Below are positions 1 to 8,854 of a DNA stretch of 61,465 nucleotides, piece by piece. How positions within the stretch are numbered: position 1 is the stretch's first letter; each line of letters starts with the position of its first letter. The translations under genes were made by a program, and so were the position numbers. This DNA comes from a virus (lineage: Duplodnaviria; Caudoviricetes): positions 1 through 61,465 of the IMG/VR virus record IMGVR_UViG_3300019889_000016. One strand, given 5' to 3'. Under the pieces are notes generated by a model that was not told where the DNA came from, searched no databases, and was given only the letters and a program-made list of their open reading frames with translations.

Positions 1-61
1 AGTTGAACAGCCCGAAGATCGGGACGGTCTCACCGCGGGGCTCGGGCTGCTGCTTGGCCAT

Positions 62-214
62 CTACTTGCCCCCCTGGTCGTCGCGGCCGGTGACCTTGCC
101 GTCGAACGCGTGGCCCAACGGGTCGGGGCGCACGATGATCGGCACCATCGCCCAGCCCCGGGCCGACTGCGGGTTGTCTCGGCTGATCGGCTGGTCGTCG
201 TTGTTCTTGCTCAT
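62..214 (-). CDS. small hypothetical protein
   Basis: Hand-translated ORF MSKNNDDQPISRDNPQ...GGK*. Its ATGA overlaps the stop of the upstream gene and it has a GAGG RBS. Confidence 0.55.
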   Translation of the reverse strand: MSKNNDDQPISRDNPQSARGWAMVPIIVRPDPLGHAFDGKVTGRDDQGGK

Positions 215-762
215 GCGGGCACCTCCGTGCCTGGTTGTGGCAGCCGCTCGCGCAGCTGCTGGATGCGGTCGTAGTGGGCTTCGATGCGGGACTCCGGGTT
301 GGTGCCGGCGGTGCCCAACTGCAAGGCGTCGGCCATCAGCACCAGCTCGGAGAGCAGCTCAGCGACGATGCGGTCGGCCACCTGGTCACGGCAGTTGAGC
401 AGCAGCCCGGCGGCGTCGGCGATGTGATGCCCGACGTGCCGGGACAGGGCCAGCTCGGCCAACTCGGCGGTGTCGGGCTCTCCGTCGTCGCGCACCTCGC
501 GCAGCTCGGCGGCCAGCTCCCGCACCCGGGCGCGTTGGGCGTCGAGATCGGGGTGCACCGGGTAGTAGCCGATGCTCGCGGCGAGGGCGTCGACCAGGTA
601 GCGGGCCTCGGCGTGCTCCATGCTGACATCGGCGCCGGAGCCGTTCGGGGCCACGCTGGCGGTGGTGCCTTTGATCACCCGGACGCGGTTGCTGCCGGCG
701 GCGTACACCCGCAGCTGCCGGCGCTCGGTGCCCAACGTGAGGTGGACCAGGCGCTCAGGCAC
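211..762 (-). CDS. hypothetical protein
   Basis: 183-aa ORF with natural composition, overlapping its neighbours as in an operon. Confidence 0.65.
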   Translation of the reverse strand: MPERLVHLTLGTERRQLRVYAAGSNRVRVIKGTTASVAPNGSGADVSMEHAEARYLVDALAASIGYYPVHPDLDAQRARVRELAAELREVRDDGEPDTAELAELALSRHVGHHIADAAGLLLNCRDQVADRIVAELLSELVLMADALQLGTAGTNPESRIEAHYDRIQQLRERLPQPGTEVPA

Positions 763-976
763 CGTTCGGCCCGTCGACGTAGACGACCCACTGCACCTCG
801 GCGGCCGTCATGGGCTCGCCGGGGCCGTCCATACCCGAGCCGACGTGCCACCAGCCGTGACGTTCGACGTCGGGAATCCAGTCGTCCAGCATGCGCCGGG
901 TCACGGCGGCGGCGGCCATCAAGGCCGTCATCAAACCGTCCCGGGGGTAGTCGGTCGTGGTGGGGGTGGGGGGCAT
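755..976 (-). CDS. hypothetical protein
   Basis: MPPTPTTTDYPRDG...; GGAG RBS; downstream of the promoter at 1009-1048. Confidence 0.6.
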   Translation of the reverse strand: MPPTPTTTDYPRDGLMTALMAAAAVTRRMLDDWIPDVERHGWWHVGSGMDGPGEPMTAAEVQWVVYVDGPNGA

Positions 977-1008
977 GTGGGTCGCTCCGTGGTGATCGGG
1001 GTACCGGT

Positions 1009-1048
1009 ACGTTACCGCGGTCACGGGTGGTCGCACAAGCGCGCTACG
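1009..1048 (-). promoter_or_regulatory. sigma-A-type promoter overlapped by palindromic operator copies
   Basis: Minus strand CGTAGCGCGC-TTGTGC-N18-TAACGT, the same layout as at 9888, 10709, 19152 and 58581. Confidence 0.65.
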
Positions 1049-2459
1049 AAGCGATGCGACGATCGGCCAGACCCTTCGAGTGGTCGCCCGGCGGGAGCGA
1101 CAGATCCGGGATGAGCCAGCTCACACCCCACACCAGCGCGTCCATACGGTCGGGCGACGTCGGGTCCAGCGGCGTCCAGAAACACATCTGCTCCTCCAAC
1201 TGAGGGAACACGCCGACGTGGTGGCAGCGGGCCTGCCCGCGGTCGTAGAGGATCGCCACCGGCTCGGCGCGGACCCGCTTCGCTCGGGTGGCCCGGACTT
1301 CGTCCACGGGGATCTCGGGGGCCTGGATCTTGATGACGTCGACGACCAGCGCCGCACCAAAGTTGGTTTCGGCGACGACCGAGTCGGCCGCCCAGTCGCG
1401 GTACGCCTGGATCACGATCCGCGACCACACCTCGGGGCGGTTCTGGCACGACAGATCGTCGAGGACGTAGACGTGCTGGCGGCCCCACTGGTCGCGGGTC
1501 GCGGCCACGCCGACGACGACGATCCCGCACTCGTCGCCACCATCGGAACCGGACGGGTCGACCGCCACACAGATCCGGGTGAGCGCCGGCATCTCGCCGA
1601 GGCGGATGCGGGAGTTCTGGATCAGGTCGGCGTTCCACAGGGCGCCCTCGACGCTGTCGACGACCTTGCCGTGGATCTCCTGGTCGGCCAGGCGGGTGCC
1701 TTGGTAGCGGCCGAGGACGGCGGCCATGAACGCCACCGGCAGGTTGGTGCGGTTGTCGAGCATCGACCCGCGGGTGATCTGGGTGGGGCCGTGCTTGCTG
1801 GCCAGCAGGTCGCGGATGACGGGGACGGGCTTGGGGGTGGTGGTGACGCACCCCTGGGGGACCATGCCGTCGGGGCACGTGCCGCGCAGCGCCAGCTCGG
1901 CGTTCGTGAACACGGTGTTGCCGACGGCGTCGACCTTGTGCTTGTACGCGGCCAACTCGTCGATCCACAGGGTGTGGAAGTTCCGGCCGCGGGGGCCTTC
2001 GGGCTCGATGGCGGTGTGGACCTCGAACTCGGAGATGTGCTCGGTGCCGTCGTCGCGCATGATCCCGACCTTGGGTTCCAGCGTGGTGTCGGCGCCGATC
2101 CAGCGGTGACCCCGGCGGCGTACCGCCTCGCGGATTCCGGACACGCCACCGATCTGGAGGGCTTTCACGTCGTCGTTGTTCTGGCCGATCAGGCCGACCA
2201 GGTGCGCCATGCCGGCATCGGCGAACGCTTCGCAGCGGTCCAGGACCCACTCGGCGCCGGTGCGGTTCTTGCCCCAGCCGCGGCCGGTGACGATCACCCA
2301 CCACCGCCACAGCCACAGCGGGGCGAGCTGTTCGGGGCGGGCGTGGAACTGCCACGATCGCCACAGGGCGTCCAGCTCGTCCTCGTCGTACGCGGCGAGC
2401 ACGGCGTCCAGCTCGTCGCTGGTCAGGTCGGACCACTGCTCAACGAGGCTGGCGGCCAC
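1044..2459 (-). CDS. terL: terminase large subunit
   Basis: Walker A GRGWGKNRTGAE, Walker B WIDELAA, coupling motif VTTTP, and nuclease motifs VAVDPS, ETNFG and SPDRMDALVW. Confidence 0.95.
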   Translation of the reverse strand: MAASLVEQWSDLTSDELDAVLAAYDEDELDALWRSWQFHARPEQLAPLWLWRWWVIVTGRGWGKNRTGAEWVLDRCEAFADAGMAHLVGLIGQNNDDVKALQIGGVSGIREAVRRRGHRWIGADTTLEPKVGIMRDDGTEHISEFEVHTAIEPEGPRGRNFHTLWIDELAAYKHKVDAVGNTVFTNAELALRGTCPDGMVPQGCVTTTPKPVPVIRDLLASKHGPTQITRGSMLDNRTNLPVAFMAAVLGRYQGTRLADQEIHGKVVDSVEGALWNADLIQNSRIRLGEMPALTRICVAVDPSGSDGGDECGIVVVGVAATRDQWGRQHVYVLDDLSCQNRPEVWSRIVIQAYRDWAADSVVAETNFGAALVVDVIKIQAPEIPVDEVRATRAKRVRAEPVAILYDRGQARCHHVGVFPQLEEQMCFWTPLDPTSPDRMDALVWGVSWLIPDLSLPPGDHSKGLADRRIAS

Positions 2460-2700
2460 CGGTCACCTCCCATTCGACGATCTCGTCGCGGCCCGGCGGG
2501 CGGGGCAACCCGACGTGTATGCCGGGCTCCATTGTGAACCCCAGGTCGAGCAGGTGGGCCTCGATCACTCGGCGGATGTAGTCGGCCACCGAGTCGGCGT
2601 CGGTGGTCAACACCAGGTAGTCGAGGATGCGGCGCACCTCCTCGGGGAGGCGGGTGGCCACCGGCGCCGTGGGGCGGTCGTACCGCGGCGCCTGGGCCAT
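2440..2700 (-). CDS. ribbon-helix-helix-like DNA-binding protein
   Basis: PVATRLPEEVRRILDYL...SVADYIRRVIEAHL matches an RHH/CopG pattern. Confidence 0.6.
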   Translation of the reverse strand: MAQAPRYDRPTAPVATRLPEEVRRILDYLVLTTDADSVADYIRRVIEAHLLDLGFTMEPGIHVGLPRPPGRDEIVEWEVTGGRQPR

Positions 2701-2927
2701 CAGCGTCTCGGTGGCGCGAGGGAGGCCGACGGCGGCAGACCGGGCGGCGGGTACTGCGGCGGCGGAAGCCAGTAGACGCCGGGCACGTTGGGCTCGGGGC
2801 GGCGTAGCTCGCGCATCATGGCGTTGTGCCGGCGGCGGGCGGTGGCCTGCCGGGACCGGTACCAGCCCAGCGGCGGGAACACGACCCACAGCAGCCCACG
2901 CCACGCGGCTCCCGCTAGGCGCATCAT
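2700..2927 (-). CDS. small membrane-associated hypothetical protein
   Basis: MMRLAGAAWRGLLWVVFPPLGW..., Pro-rich tail, coupled to its neighbours. Confidence 0.5.
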   Translation of the reverse strand: MMRLAGAAWRGLLWVVFPPLGWYRSRQATARRRHNAMMRELRRPEPNVPGVYWLPPPQYPPPGLPPSASLAPPRR

Positions 2928-3205
2928 GTCAGGTCGTCCGGGATCGTGTCGGGCCAGCCAGCGGGCTCGTCGCGGCCAGCGGGGTGCTGGTCCTCGGCGA
3001 CCTGGCGGGACCGGTCGATCGCCACTTGGATGCGGGACCACCGGTCGACGCTGCGAAGCGTGATCGTCAACCGGCGTTGCGGGGTGCCGTCGTTGTCCTC
3101 CGGGTCGGCCCACCATTCCAGCTCAACCTCGGGGACGCCGTTGGCGACGTGCTCCGCTGCGGCGGACATCAACGTGAACGGGTCCTGATCAGCCGGTAGC
3201 GGCAT
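2924..3205 (-). CDS. hypothetical protein
   Basis: MPLPADQDPFTLM...; coupled. Confidence 0.55.
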   Translation of the reverse strand: MPLPADQDPFTLMSAAAEHVANGVPEVELEWWADPEDNDGTPQRRLTITLRSVDRWSRIQVAIDRSRQVAEDQHPAGRDEPAGWPDTIPDDLT

Positions 3206-3566
3206 CGCGGGCCTTCCTCTCGAACTCACGGTGGACATCGGCGAACGCGTCGGCGGCCTGGTTCTGCCACGACGCGGTGTCTCGGCGGCGTTCGGCGGCC
3301 AGCTCGGCCTCGCGGTCGAACCGGCCAGTGAGATAGTCGTGCTCGGCGTGGCGGACGGCGGTGGCCATATCGGCCATGGGGTCCGCCGCCGGGGATGTCC
3401 AGCCGGTCGGCCCGGAGCTGTCAGCACCGTCATCCCCGGTCGGGCATGGCGCACCGGCCGAGTCGGATGCCGACAGCTCCGGGCCGGGGCCGCCGTCGTC
3501 CGCGGCGCGGCGGCCGGTCCATGTCGGGAACATCGCCGTCACGATGCGACGCCAGATGTCACGCAT
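3189..3566 (-). CDS. hypothetical protein
   Basis: MRDIWRRIVTAMFPTW...; coupled. Confidence 0.55.
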   Translation of the reverse strand: MRDIWRRIVTAMFPTWTGRRAADDGGPGPELSASDSAGAPCPTGDDGADSSGPTGWTSPAADPMADMATAVRHAEHDYLTGRFDREAELAAERRRDTASWQNQAADAFADVHREFERKARDAATG

Positions 3567-4908
3567 GATCGGAGGGTACCCCCGGGACCTGGTTGGCCTG
3601 CTCCCACCGGACCATGAGCAGGTCGTGTGCGGCCCAGCGGGCGGCGGCCATGTCGCCCACGTTGGCGGTGATGGTGCCGACGACCTCGGCCGGGGAGATG
3701 GTGGGCCACACCCCATGGTTGGGCATCTCGGCGGTGAGCCCGGTCATGCGGGTGACCAGCCGCTGGAACTGCTCGTCGGTCAGGTAGGACATCTCCAGCT
3801 CGATGTCGACGCGCCCGGGCCGCAGCAGGGCGTCGTCGAGCACCGCACGGTTGTTGGTCGACATCGCGGTGATAAGCCCGTGCGGGGTCGACATGCCGTC
3901 CAAGGCGTTGAGCAGGCCGCCCAACGTGATGCCGGCGCGTTCGGCGTCGTCGCGGGCCTTGGCGGCGTGGACCACGTCGATGTCCTCCAGCAGCAGCATG
4001 CACCGCTCGGGGACGTTGCCGACCAGCTCGATCAGGTTGGCGTCGGCCTCCAGGTCGGACAGCGCCACGGCGTACACGTCGAGTCCCAGAGCGGCGGCGA
4101 TGGCCCGGAACGCGGACGTCTTCCCGGTGCCGGGGGGGCCGTGGAACAGGTAGCCGCGGTGCCACGGGACACCCATCAGGGCGTACTTTTCTTCGGCGTC
4201 GAGGAACGTGCGCAGGTCGGCGAGGACCCCGTCGAGGTGGCCGGCGGGCAACACGACGCTGTCGAGTGGGCGGGCCGGCAGCAGGCGACGCGGCCCCCAG
4301 TGACCCCATCGTGACGCGGTCACCAGCCGGGGGGTGCGCTTGCCTTCCACCAGGGTGTCGGCGATGCCCTGCAGGAACCGGACCACGGCCTGTCGTCCGT
4401 CGGCCGAGTCCGACGTGAACACGATCTTGCGGGGCTTGAACAGGTACGACGACCGGCTCTCCGAGTCGGTGCCGGGCCGCTGGGAGTTCTCGTCCTGCTC
4501 GACGCGCACCGCGACCCGGTGGCCGTCCAGGTCGACGTCGTGGGATCGGGTGCCGTCGTAGCTCAACCGCACCCGGCGGATGACGGCGGACTTGGAGCTG
4601 GTGTCGTCCATCGGCGCGAGCTGGTCGCCGCGGACGGCGTGGGTTCTGGCGGTGAGCGCCCGCTGGTCGATGTCGGGCAGCATCTGTAGCAGCCAGTCCT
4701 GGACCAGGTCGTAGACCTCGTCGCCTTCGGGGACGGTGACGCTGTAGGACCGGTTCTGCTGGTGGTTCCGGTAGAGCGTGAGTCCCTGCTGGCCCAGGTG
4801 GTAGAGCGCGGTCGCTGTCGCGAGGCGGGTGCCCCACTTCCCCTTGGACGGGCCGACGGCCGTACGGGCCGCGGCGACGTGGTCGGTGGTCGGCGGGGAC
4901 GCGGTCAC
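3559..4908 (-). CDS. BCS1-like AAA+ ATPase
   Basis: RPLDSVVL, GVPWHRGYLFHGPPGTGKTS, LLLEDID, TLGGLLNALDG and LDDALLRPGRVD match the BCS1-type AAA signature. GTG start at 4908 is coupled to the upstream stop. Confidence 0.85.
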   Translation of the reverse strand: MTASPPTTDHVAAARTAVGPSKGKWGTRLATATALYHLGQQGLTLYRNHQQNRSYSVTVPEGDEVYDLVQDWLLQMLPDIDQRALTARTHAVRGDQLAPMDDTSSKSAVIRRVRLSYDGTRSHDVDLDGHRVAVRVEQDENSQRPGTDSESRSSYLFKPRKIVFTSDSADGRQAVVRFLQGIADTLVEGKRTPRLVTASRWGHWGPRRLLPARPLDSVVLPAGHLDGVLADLRTFLDAEEKYALMGVPWHRGYLFHGPPGTGKTSAFRAIAAALGLDVYAVALSDLEADANLIELVGNVPERCMLLLEDIDVVHAAKARDDAERAGITLGGLLNALDGMSTPHGLITAMSTNNRAVLDDALLRPGRVDIELEMSYLTDEQFQRLVTRMTGLTAEMPNHGVWPTISPAEVVGTITANVGDMAAARWAAHDLLMVRWEQANQVPGVPSDHA

Positions 4909-5045
4909 TCTTCGACCCACTCGGCTCCGACCATGTCGAAGTCGTAGGCGTCCTGTTCCTCGTCGAGGACGTAGGCGGCGACGTCGTCGGGGTCGTTGAG
5001 GGTGGGGTCGGTCTCGGGCATGTCGATGGTGATGCGAAGCTTCAC
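4905..5045 (-). CDS. small acidic hypothetical protein
   Basis: VKLRITIDMPETD...; GTGA overlaps at both ends. Confidence 0.5.
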   Translation of the reverse strand: MKLRITIDMPETDPTLNDPDDVAAYVLDEEQDAYDFDMVGAEWVEE

Positions 5046-5227
5046 GGGGTGGGGTCCTCGGTGTCGGGGTCGGGTGGGGTGAGCTGGGTGAGCATGGCGG
5101 TGGCGTCGATGACGCCCTCGCCTCCGCGCTCGCGGAGGATGTCGATCGCCGAGCGGCCGGAGCACAGCGAGCAGCCGCCCGGCGTGAACGAACACGCATC
5201 GCAGCCGTCGTCGGCGGGGTCGGTCAT
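5042..5227 (-). CDS. small Cys-rich hypothetical protein
   Basis: MTDPADDGCDACSFTPGGCSLC (CxxC...CxxC). Confidence 0.5.
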   Translation of the reverse strand: MTDPADDGCDACSFTPGGCSLCSGRSAIDILRERGGEGVIDATAMLTQLTPPDPDTEDPTP

Positions 5228-5303
5228 CCCGCCACGCACCCGGCGACCAGCGCGATGCCGGTGCCGATGGTCAGGCCGATGCCGATAGCGATCATGGTGA
5301 TCG

Positions 5304-5465
5304 TCACAGCACGTTCCCGAGGTGGAGCAGCCAGGAGCTGGCCGCCACGCAGGCGGACACGAACACCATCCCGGCGCCGACGATGACGAACAGGATGCCG
5401 GTCTTCGCTGACGTGGGCAGCTCCGACCACGGGACATCCCGGCGGGGTGTGCGGCCGTTACCCAC
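5304..5465 (-). CDS. small membrane protein
   Basis: Hand-translated ...KTGILFVIVGAGMVFVSACVAASSWLL, containing a hydrophobic segment. Confidence 0.45.
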   Translation of the reverse strand: MGNGRTPRRDVPWSELPTSAKTGILFVIVGAGMVFVSACVAASSWLLHLGNVL

Positions 5466-6078
5466 AGGACGCCACCGCCTGCTGGACCAGCGCCCCGTAG
5501 GCCAGCTTGCCGGCGTGGGTCAGGTGTAGGCCGTCGGCGTCGATGTGCTCGGGGCGTGCGACGTCGACCCACTCGAACACCCGCTCCCCGCGGGAGGCGG
5601 CGAACCCGTCGAGCCACTGGGAGTGCGCGGCCAGGCCGGCGATGTAGCCGGGGTCGGTGCCGAAGTAGGCCGACTTCACCCACACGACGCAGGCGTCCGG
5701 GTGCGGGGTGTTGGCCAGTTGGGTCATCTGGGTGATGTCGGTGGTGGTCCACCCGTCGCGGGGCGTCGGGCATGCGGCGGCGTCGAGGCACGAGTCGTTC
5801 GCTCCGAGCGCGACCGCTACGCGGGCCGGGCTGCGGGTGGGGTCGTCGACGCGGTCGGTCAGGCCGGGCTGGGCGTTCTCGGCCTGCCACCCGAGCATGC
5901 TGTGGACGTCGTAGTCGGCGGGGAATCCGCCCTCGAACAGGGCGGTCATGGTGAGGCTGTCGCCGACCACGGTGGTGATGTTGGCGGGGGCCGGCGGGTA
6001 CTGGCAGCCGGACACTAGGACCGCTGCGACGGCCAGGAGGCCGGAGGCCAGGAGCCAGAGGTAGGGGCGGCGGTTCAT
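5458..6078 (-). CDS. SGNH/GDSL hydrolase lipoprotein
   Basis: Signal peptide with lipobox VSG-C, block I GDSL, block III LGAND, block V DGLH. Confidence 0.85.
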   Translation of the reverse strand: MNRRPYLWLLASGLLAVAAVLVSGCQYPPAPANITTVVGDSLTMTALFEGGFPADYDVHSMLGWQAENAQPGLTDRVDDPTRSPARVAVALGANDSCLDAAACPTPRDGWTTTDITQMTQLANTPHPDACVVWVKSAYFGTDPGYIAGLAAHSQWLDGFAASRGERVFEWVDVARPEHIDADGLHLTHAGKLAYGALVQQAVASCG

Positions 6079-6797
6079 GACTCGGCCGGCATCTCGTGGA
6101 ATGGGTGGTTCTCGGGCCAGCCACACCCGGCGCAGCCGTTCGGGTCGGTGGCGTTCTCGTCGGGGTGCCTGAACACGTGGTAGTCGCCGTCGACCGTCGT
6201 GGTGGGCTCCGGCATGGGGACGGTGGTGATTCCGGATGTCTCGGGGCCGCCGTAGGTGGCCGGGGCGACCATGGCGAAGATCGTCCGGTTGACGCGGGCG
6301 GCGGCCTCGGTGGTGCACAGGCTGGCCATGGACGTCAGCCAGTCCCGGGTGCGGCTGTCGACGTAGGCGCCGTTGATGACCTCGCCCAGCATCGGGAGGA
6401 TGCGGCACAGCAGCACCTCCATGCGGATGTCCTCGGGCAGGGCCGACACGTCCATGGGGCCGGGGTCTCGGGCCGGTGGGGCGTCGATGGTCTGGCCGGG
6501 GAGCACGGCGAACGTCAGGCCGCGTTCGGCGACCTTGGTGGTGGCGGTGACCCACTCGTCGGTGAAGTCGGTGCCGTCGTTCGGTGGGATCGGGAACGTG
6601 GTCAGCTCGGGGATGTGGCCGCCTCGGACGGTGAGCTGGAACCCGGTGTGGGTGTCGTCGTCGACCCCGAACGCCTGGCACAGGCGGGCGCACAGGTCGC
6701 CGATCTCCATCGCGTGGGCGACGCGGTCGGGCTGGGGGGCGGCGGGCCGCTGGTCGTCGACGTCGGTCGTCGACGTGTCGGGGTTGGGTTCGGTCAC
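6075..6797 (-). CDS. hypothetical protein with C-terminal His/Cys metal-binding motif
   Basis: GGAGG RBS before the GTG; C-terminal HVF...CAGC...H. Confidence 0.6.
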   Translation of the reverse strand: MTEPNPDTSTTDVDDQRPAAPQPDRVAHAMEIGDLCARLCQAFGVDDDTHTGFQLTVRGGHIPELTTFPIPPNDGTDFTDEWVTATTKVAERGLTFAVLPGQTIDAPPARDPGPMDVSALPEDIRMEVLLCRILPMLGEVINGAYVDSRTRDWLTSMASLCTTEAAARVNRTIFAMVAPATYGGPETSGITTVPMPEPTTTVDGDYHVFRHPDENATDPNGCAGCGWPENHPFHEMPAES

Positions 6798-6834
6798 GTG
6801 GTCCTCCGGTGTGGGGTCGGGCAGAACGGACACG

Positions 6835-7266
6835 TTACCGCGGTAGCGGTGCGGATGCGAACATGGCCGACAGGTCGACGTCGGAGCCGACCAGCTCGGC
6901 CAGGTCGTAGCGCACGACGACGGCGGCGCCGACGTCGTCGATGGCGCGGCGCAGGTCCGCCCACGACCCCGCCCACATCATCGTCATGGGCTCGGGGGCC
7001 AGCACGGCGTAGCCGCGGCGGGGCGGGTCTTCGGTGGGGTCCATGGCGGCGCGGGCGACGTCGGGGAACGCTGTGGCGTCCCCGTTGGCGGGGATCACTC
7101 CGGTCATGTGGTTGGCGAGCGCCAGGCGGATGACGGTGCGGGTGGGCCACCGGCGACGGGACCCGCTGCCCTGGTTCATGCCGGCGACGGCGCCGGACCG
7201 CGTGAGGTAGTCGAGCTGCCGGTAGGTGCACCCGATGGTGCTGCACGCCTGACGCGACGACATCAC
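6835..7266 (-). CDS. MerR-like HTH DNA-binding protein
   Basis: SSRQACSTIGCTYRQLDYLTRSG...GSGSRRRW is the actinobacterial MerR-type HTH pattern. Confidence 0.8.
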   Translation of the reverse strand: MMSSRQACSTIGCTYRQLDYLTRSGAVAGMNQGSGSRRRWPTRTVIRLALANHMTGVIPANGDATAFPDVARAAMDPTEDPPRRGYAVLAPEPMTMMWAGSWADLRRAIDDVGAAVVVRYDLAELVGSDVDLSAMFASAPLPR

Positions 7267-7298
7267 GCCGTCAACGTTACCGCGATGCTGACGGGAGG

Positions 7299-8000
7299 CT
7301 ACGGATGGTGCCCGTTGCCGTTCGGTGTTGCGGGCTCGGCCATCAGCGTTTCCAGCGCGGCCGGGTCGGTCTCGGCGCGGGCCGCTTGGATGTCGGCCAG
7401 GTGCCGGCGCACCTTCTCGATGATCGGTGTGGCGTCGACCTGGACCGCGCCGCCGTCGGCGCCGGTGATCTCCAGCCGGGACCGGTTGAAATCGCCGGGC
7501 CACCGGTGCTGCAGCAGCCACGCCACCATGTGCCCGTCGGGGCCGACTTCGATCTCGCGGGTGATCGTCTCGACCACGACCGCGCCGGCGGGGGCGTTGA
7601 CCGACTTGGTGGTGGTCTCCTTGCGGGTGATCCCACCGCGGGCCAGCTGACCCGCCACCATCATCAGGCCGGTGCGGGCCTCGGCCTCGGCCAGGTCGAT
7701 CTTCGCGGCGAGCGTCGCACAGTTCCGTTCGTGGCGGGACATGTCGCTGCGGCGGCGCTTCCCGGCGGTGACCTCCCCCAGGCACCGGTTCCCGACCGTG
7801 CGCCACGTGCGCAACGTCTCGACGGCCACCCCTACCCGGGCGGCGGCGTCGTGGAGGAACCCGCCCAGCCGCATGGTCTCCTCGACGACGTCGATGACGT
7901 TGAGCGCCTGCTGGGTGCCATCGGCACGGGGCCGGTAGTTGACGACGGCACGCAGGTTCGTCGGCGGGTGACCGGCACCTGGTCGTCGTCCTCCGGGCAT
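7299..8000 (-). CDS. terS: probable terminase small subunit
   Basis: N-terminal HTH (AAARVGVAVETLRTW), AWLLQHRWP and LEITGADGGAVQV, motifs typical of TerS. Confidence 0.7.
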   Translation of the reverse strand: MPGGRRPGAGHPPTNLRAVVNYRPRADGTQQALNVIDVVEETMRLGGFLHDAAARVGVAVETLRTWRTVGNRCLGEVTAGKRRRSDMSRHERNCATLAAKIDLAEAEARTGLMMVAGQLARGGITRKETTTKSVNAPAGAVVVETITREIEVGPDGHMVAWLLQHRWPGDFNRSRLEITGADGGAVQVDATPIIEKVRRHLADIQAARAETDPAALETLMAEPATPNGNGHHP

Positions 8001-8187
8001 GGCCGGAGCGTAGCGCGCAACGGCCCCAGGCCAGCGGGGGAAGCTGGACCTGGGGCCGGCGGCAGGGGGTGCAGGCTCCTCCCTGCGTGGGATGCACGAC
8101 GGCTGCCGGGCTCACCAGCACCCAATGCCCCAGGCGCCCCGGGGGCGGTGCAGCCCCATCACCCCGGTGGACCCTACGTCGTGCGTC

Positions 8188-8231
8188 CCACGCAAGGCCC
8201 GGGCCGGCGGTGTGGCCCGGGACCTGCGTGG
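8188..8231 (-). terminator. GC-rich hairpin terminator
   Basis: CCACGCA..CCCGGGCC / GGCCCGGG..TGCGTGG inverted repeat immediately after the stop at 8236. Confidence 0.55.
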
Positions 8232-8235
8232 CGGT

Positions 8236-8580
8236 CTAGTCCTGTTGCTGCTGCTCCTCCGTCCAGGTGGCGTCCTCCTCCGACACCACGTCGGCACCTT
8301 CGCCGGGCCACGGGATGTGCCGTGCCGGGCAGCCGCCCGCCTTGGCCTCTTCCCACAGCTCGCCGGGGTCGCAGCGCACGTAGTGGATGCGGGGCACCTC
8401 CACCCAGAAGTGGGCGTCGGTGTCGTGGGGCACGGCGTGCTCGACGCGGAGCATGTAGTGCGTCTCGTAGCGGGTCGTGTCGATGCGGTGGTTGCGGACG
8501 ATGCCGGAGCTGACGGCGTTGCAGCCCGACAGCACGGCCACCAGGCCGGCGGCGGCCACGGCAGCGGCGGCACGGCGCAC
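8236..8580 (-). CDS. lipoprotein
   Basis: VRRAAAAVAAAGLVAVLSG-C signal peptide with lipobox. Confidence 0.65.
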   Translation of the reverse strand: MRRAAAAVAAAGLVAVLSGCNAVSSGIVRNHRIDTTRYETHYMLRVEHAVPHDTDAHFWVEVPRIHYVRCDPGELWEEAKAGGCPARHIPWPGEGADVVSEEDATWTEEQQQQD

Positions 8581-8717
8581 TACTTGTTGTCCTCCAGGTT
8601 CTTGTCGATCCGGGCCAGTGTGGCCTTGATCTCCTCGGCCGACTGGCGCTTCGCGTTCTCCAGGGACTTGACGTCCTTGGCCAGCGCGGCGTCGGCCTTC
8701 GTGGTGTTCTTGCCCAT
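8580..8717 (-). CDS. small coiled-coil protein
   Basis: MGKNTTKADAALAKDVKSLENAK...; GGAGG RBS. Confidence 0.55.
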   Translation of the reverse strand: MGKNTTKADAALAKDVKSLENAKRQSAEEIKATLARIDKNLEDNK

Positions 8718-8854
8718 CGGGCCTCCCTTGGGTTGCGGGGTTTCCTCCCCGTGTGGGTGGCACGCACTACCAGGGGCCAAACGGTCCCCCGGATGCGCGC
8801 CACCCACACGAGGCCCGGACGTCTCGGCGGACGCCCGGGCACCCATGCCGGCGG

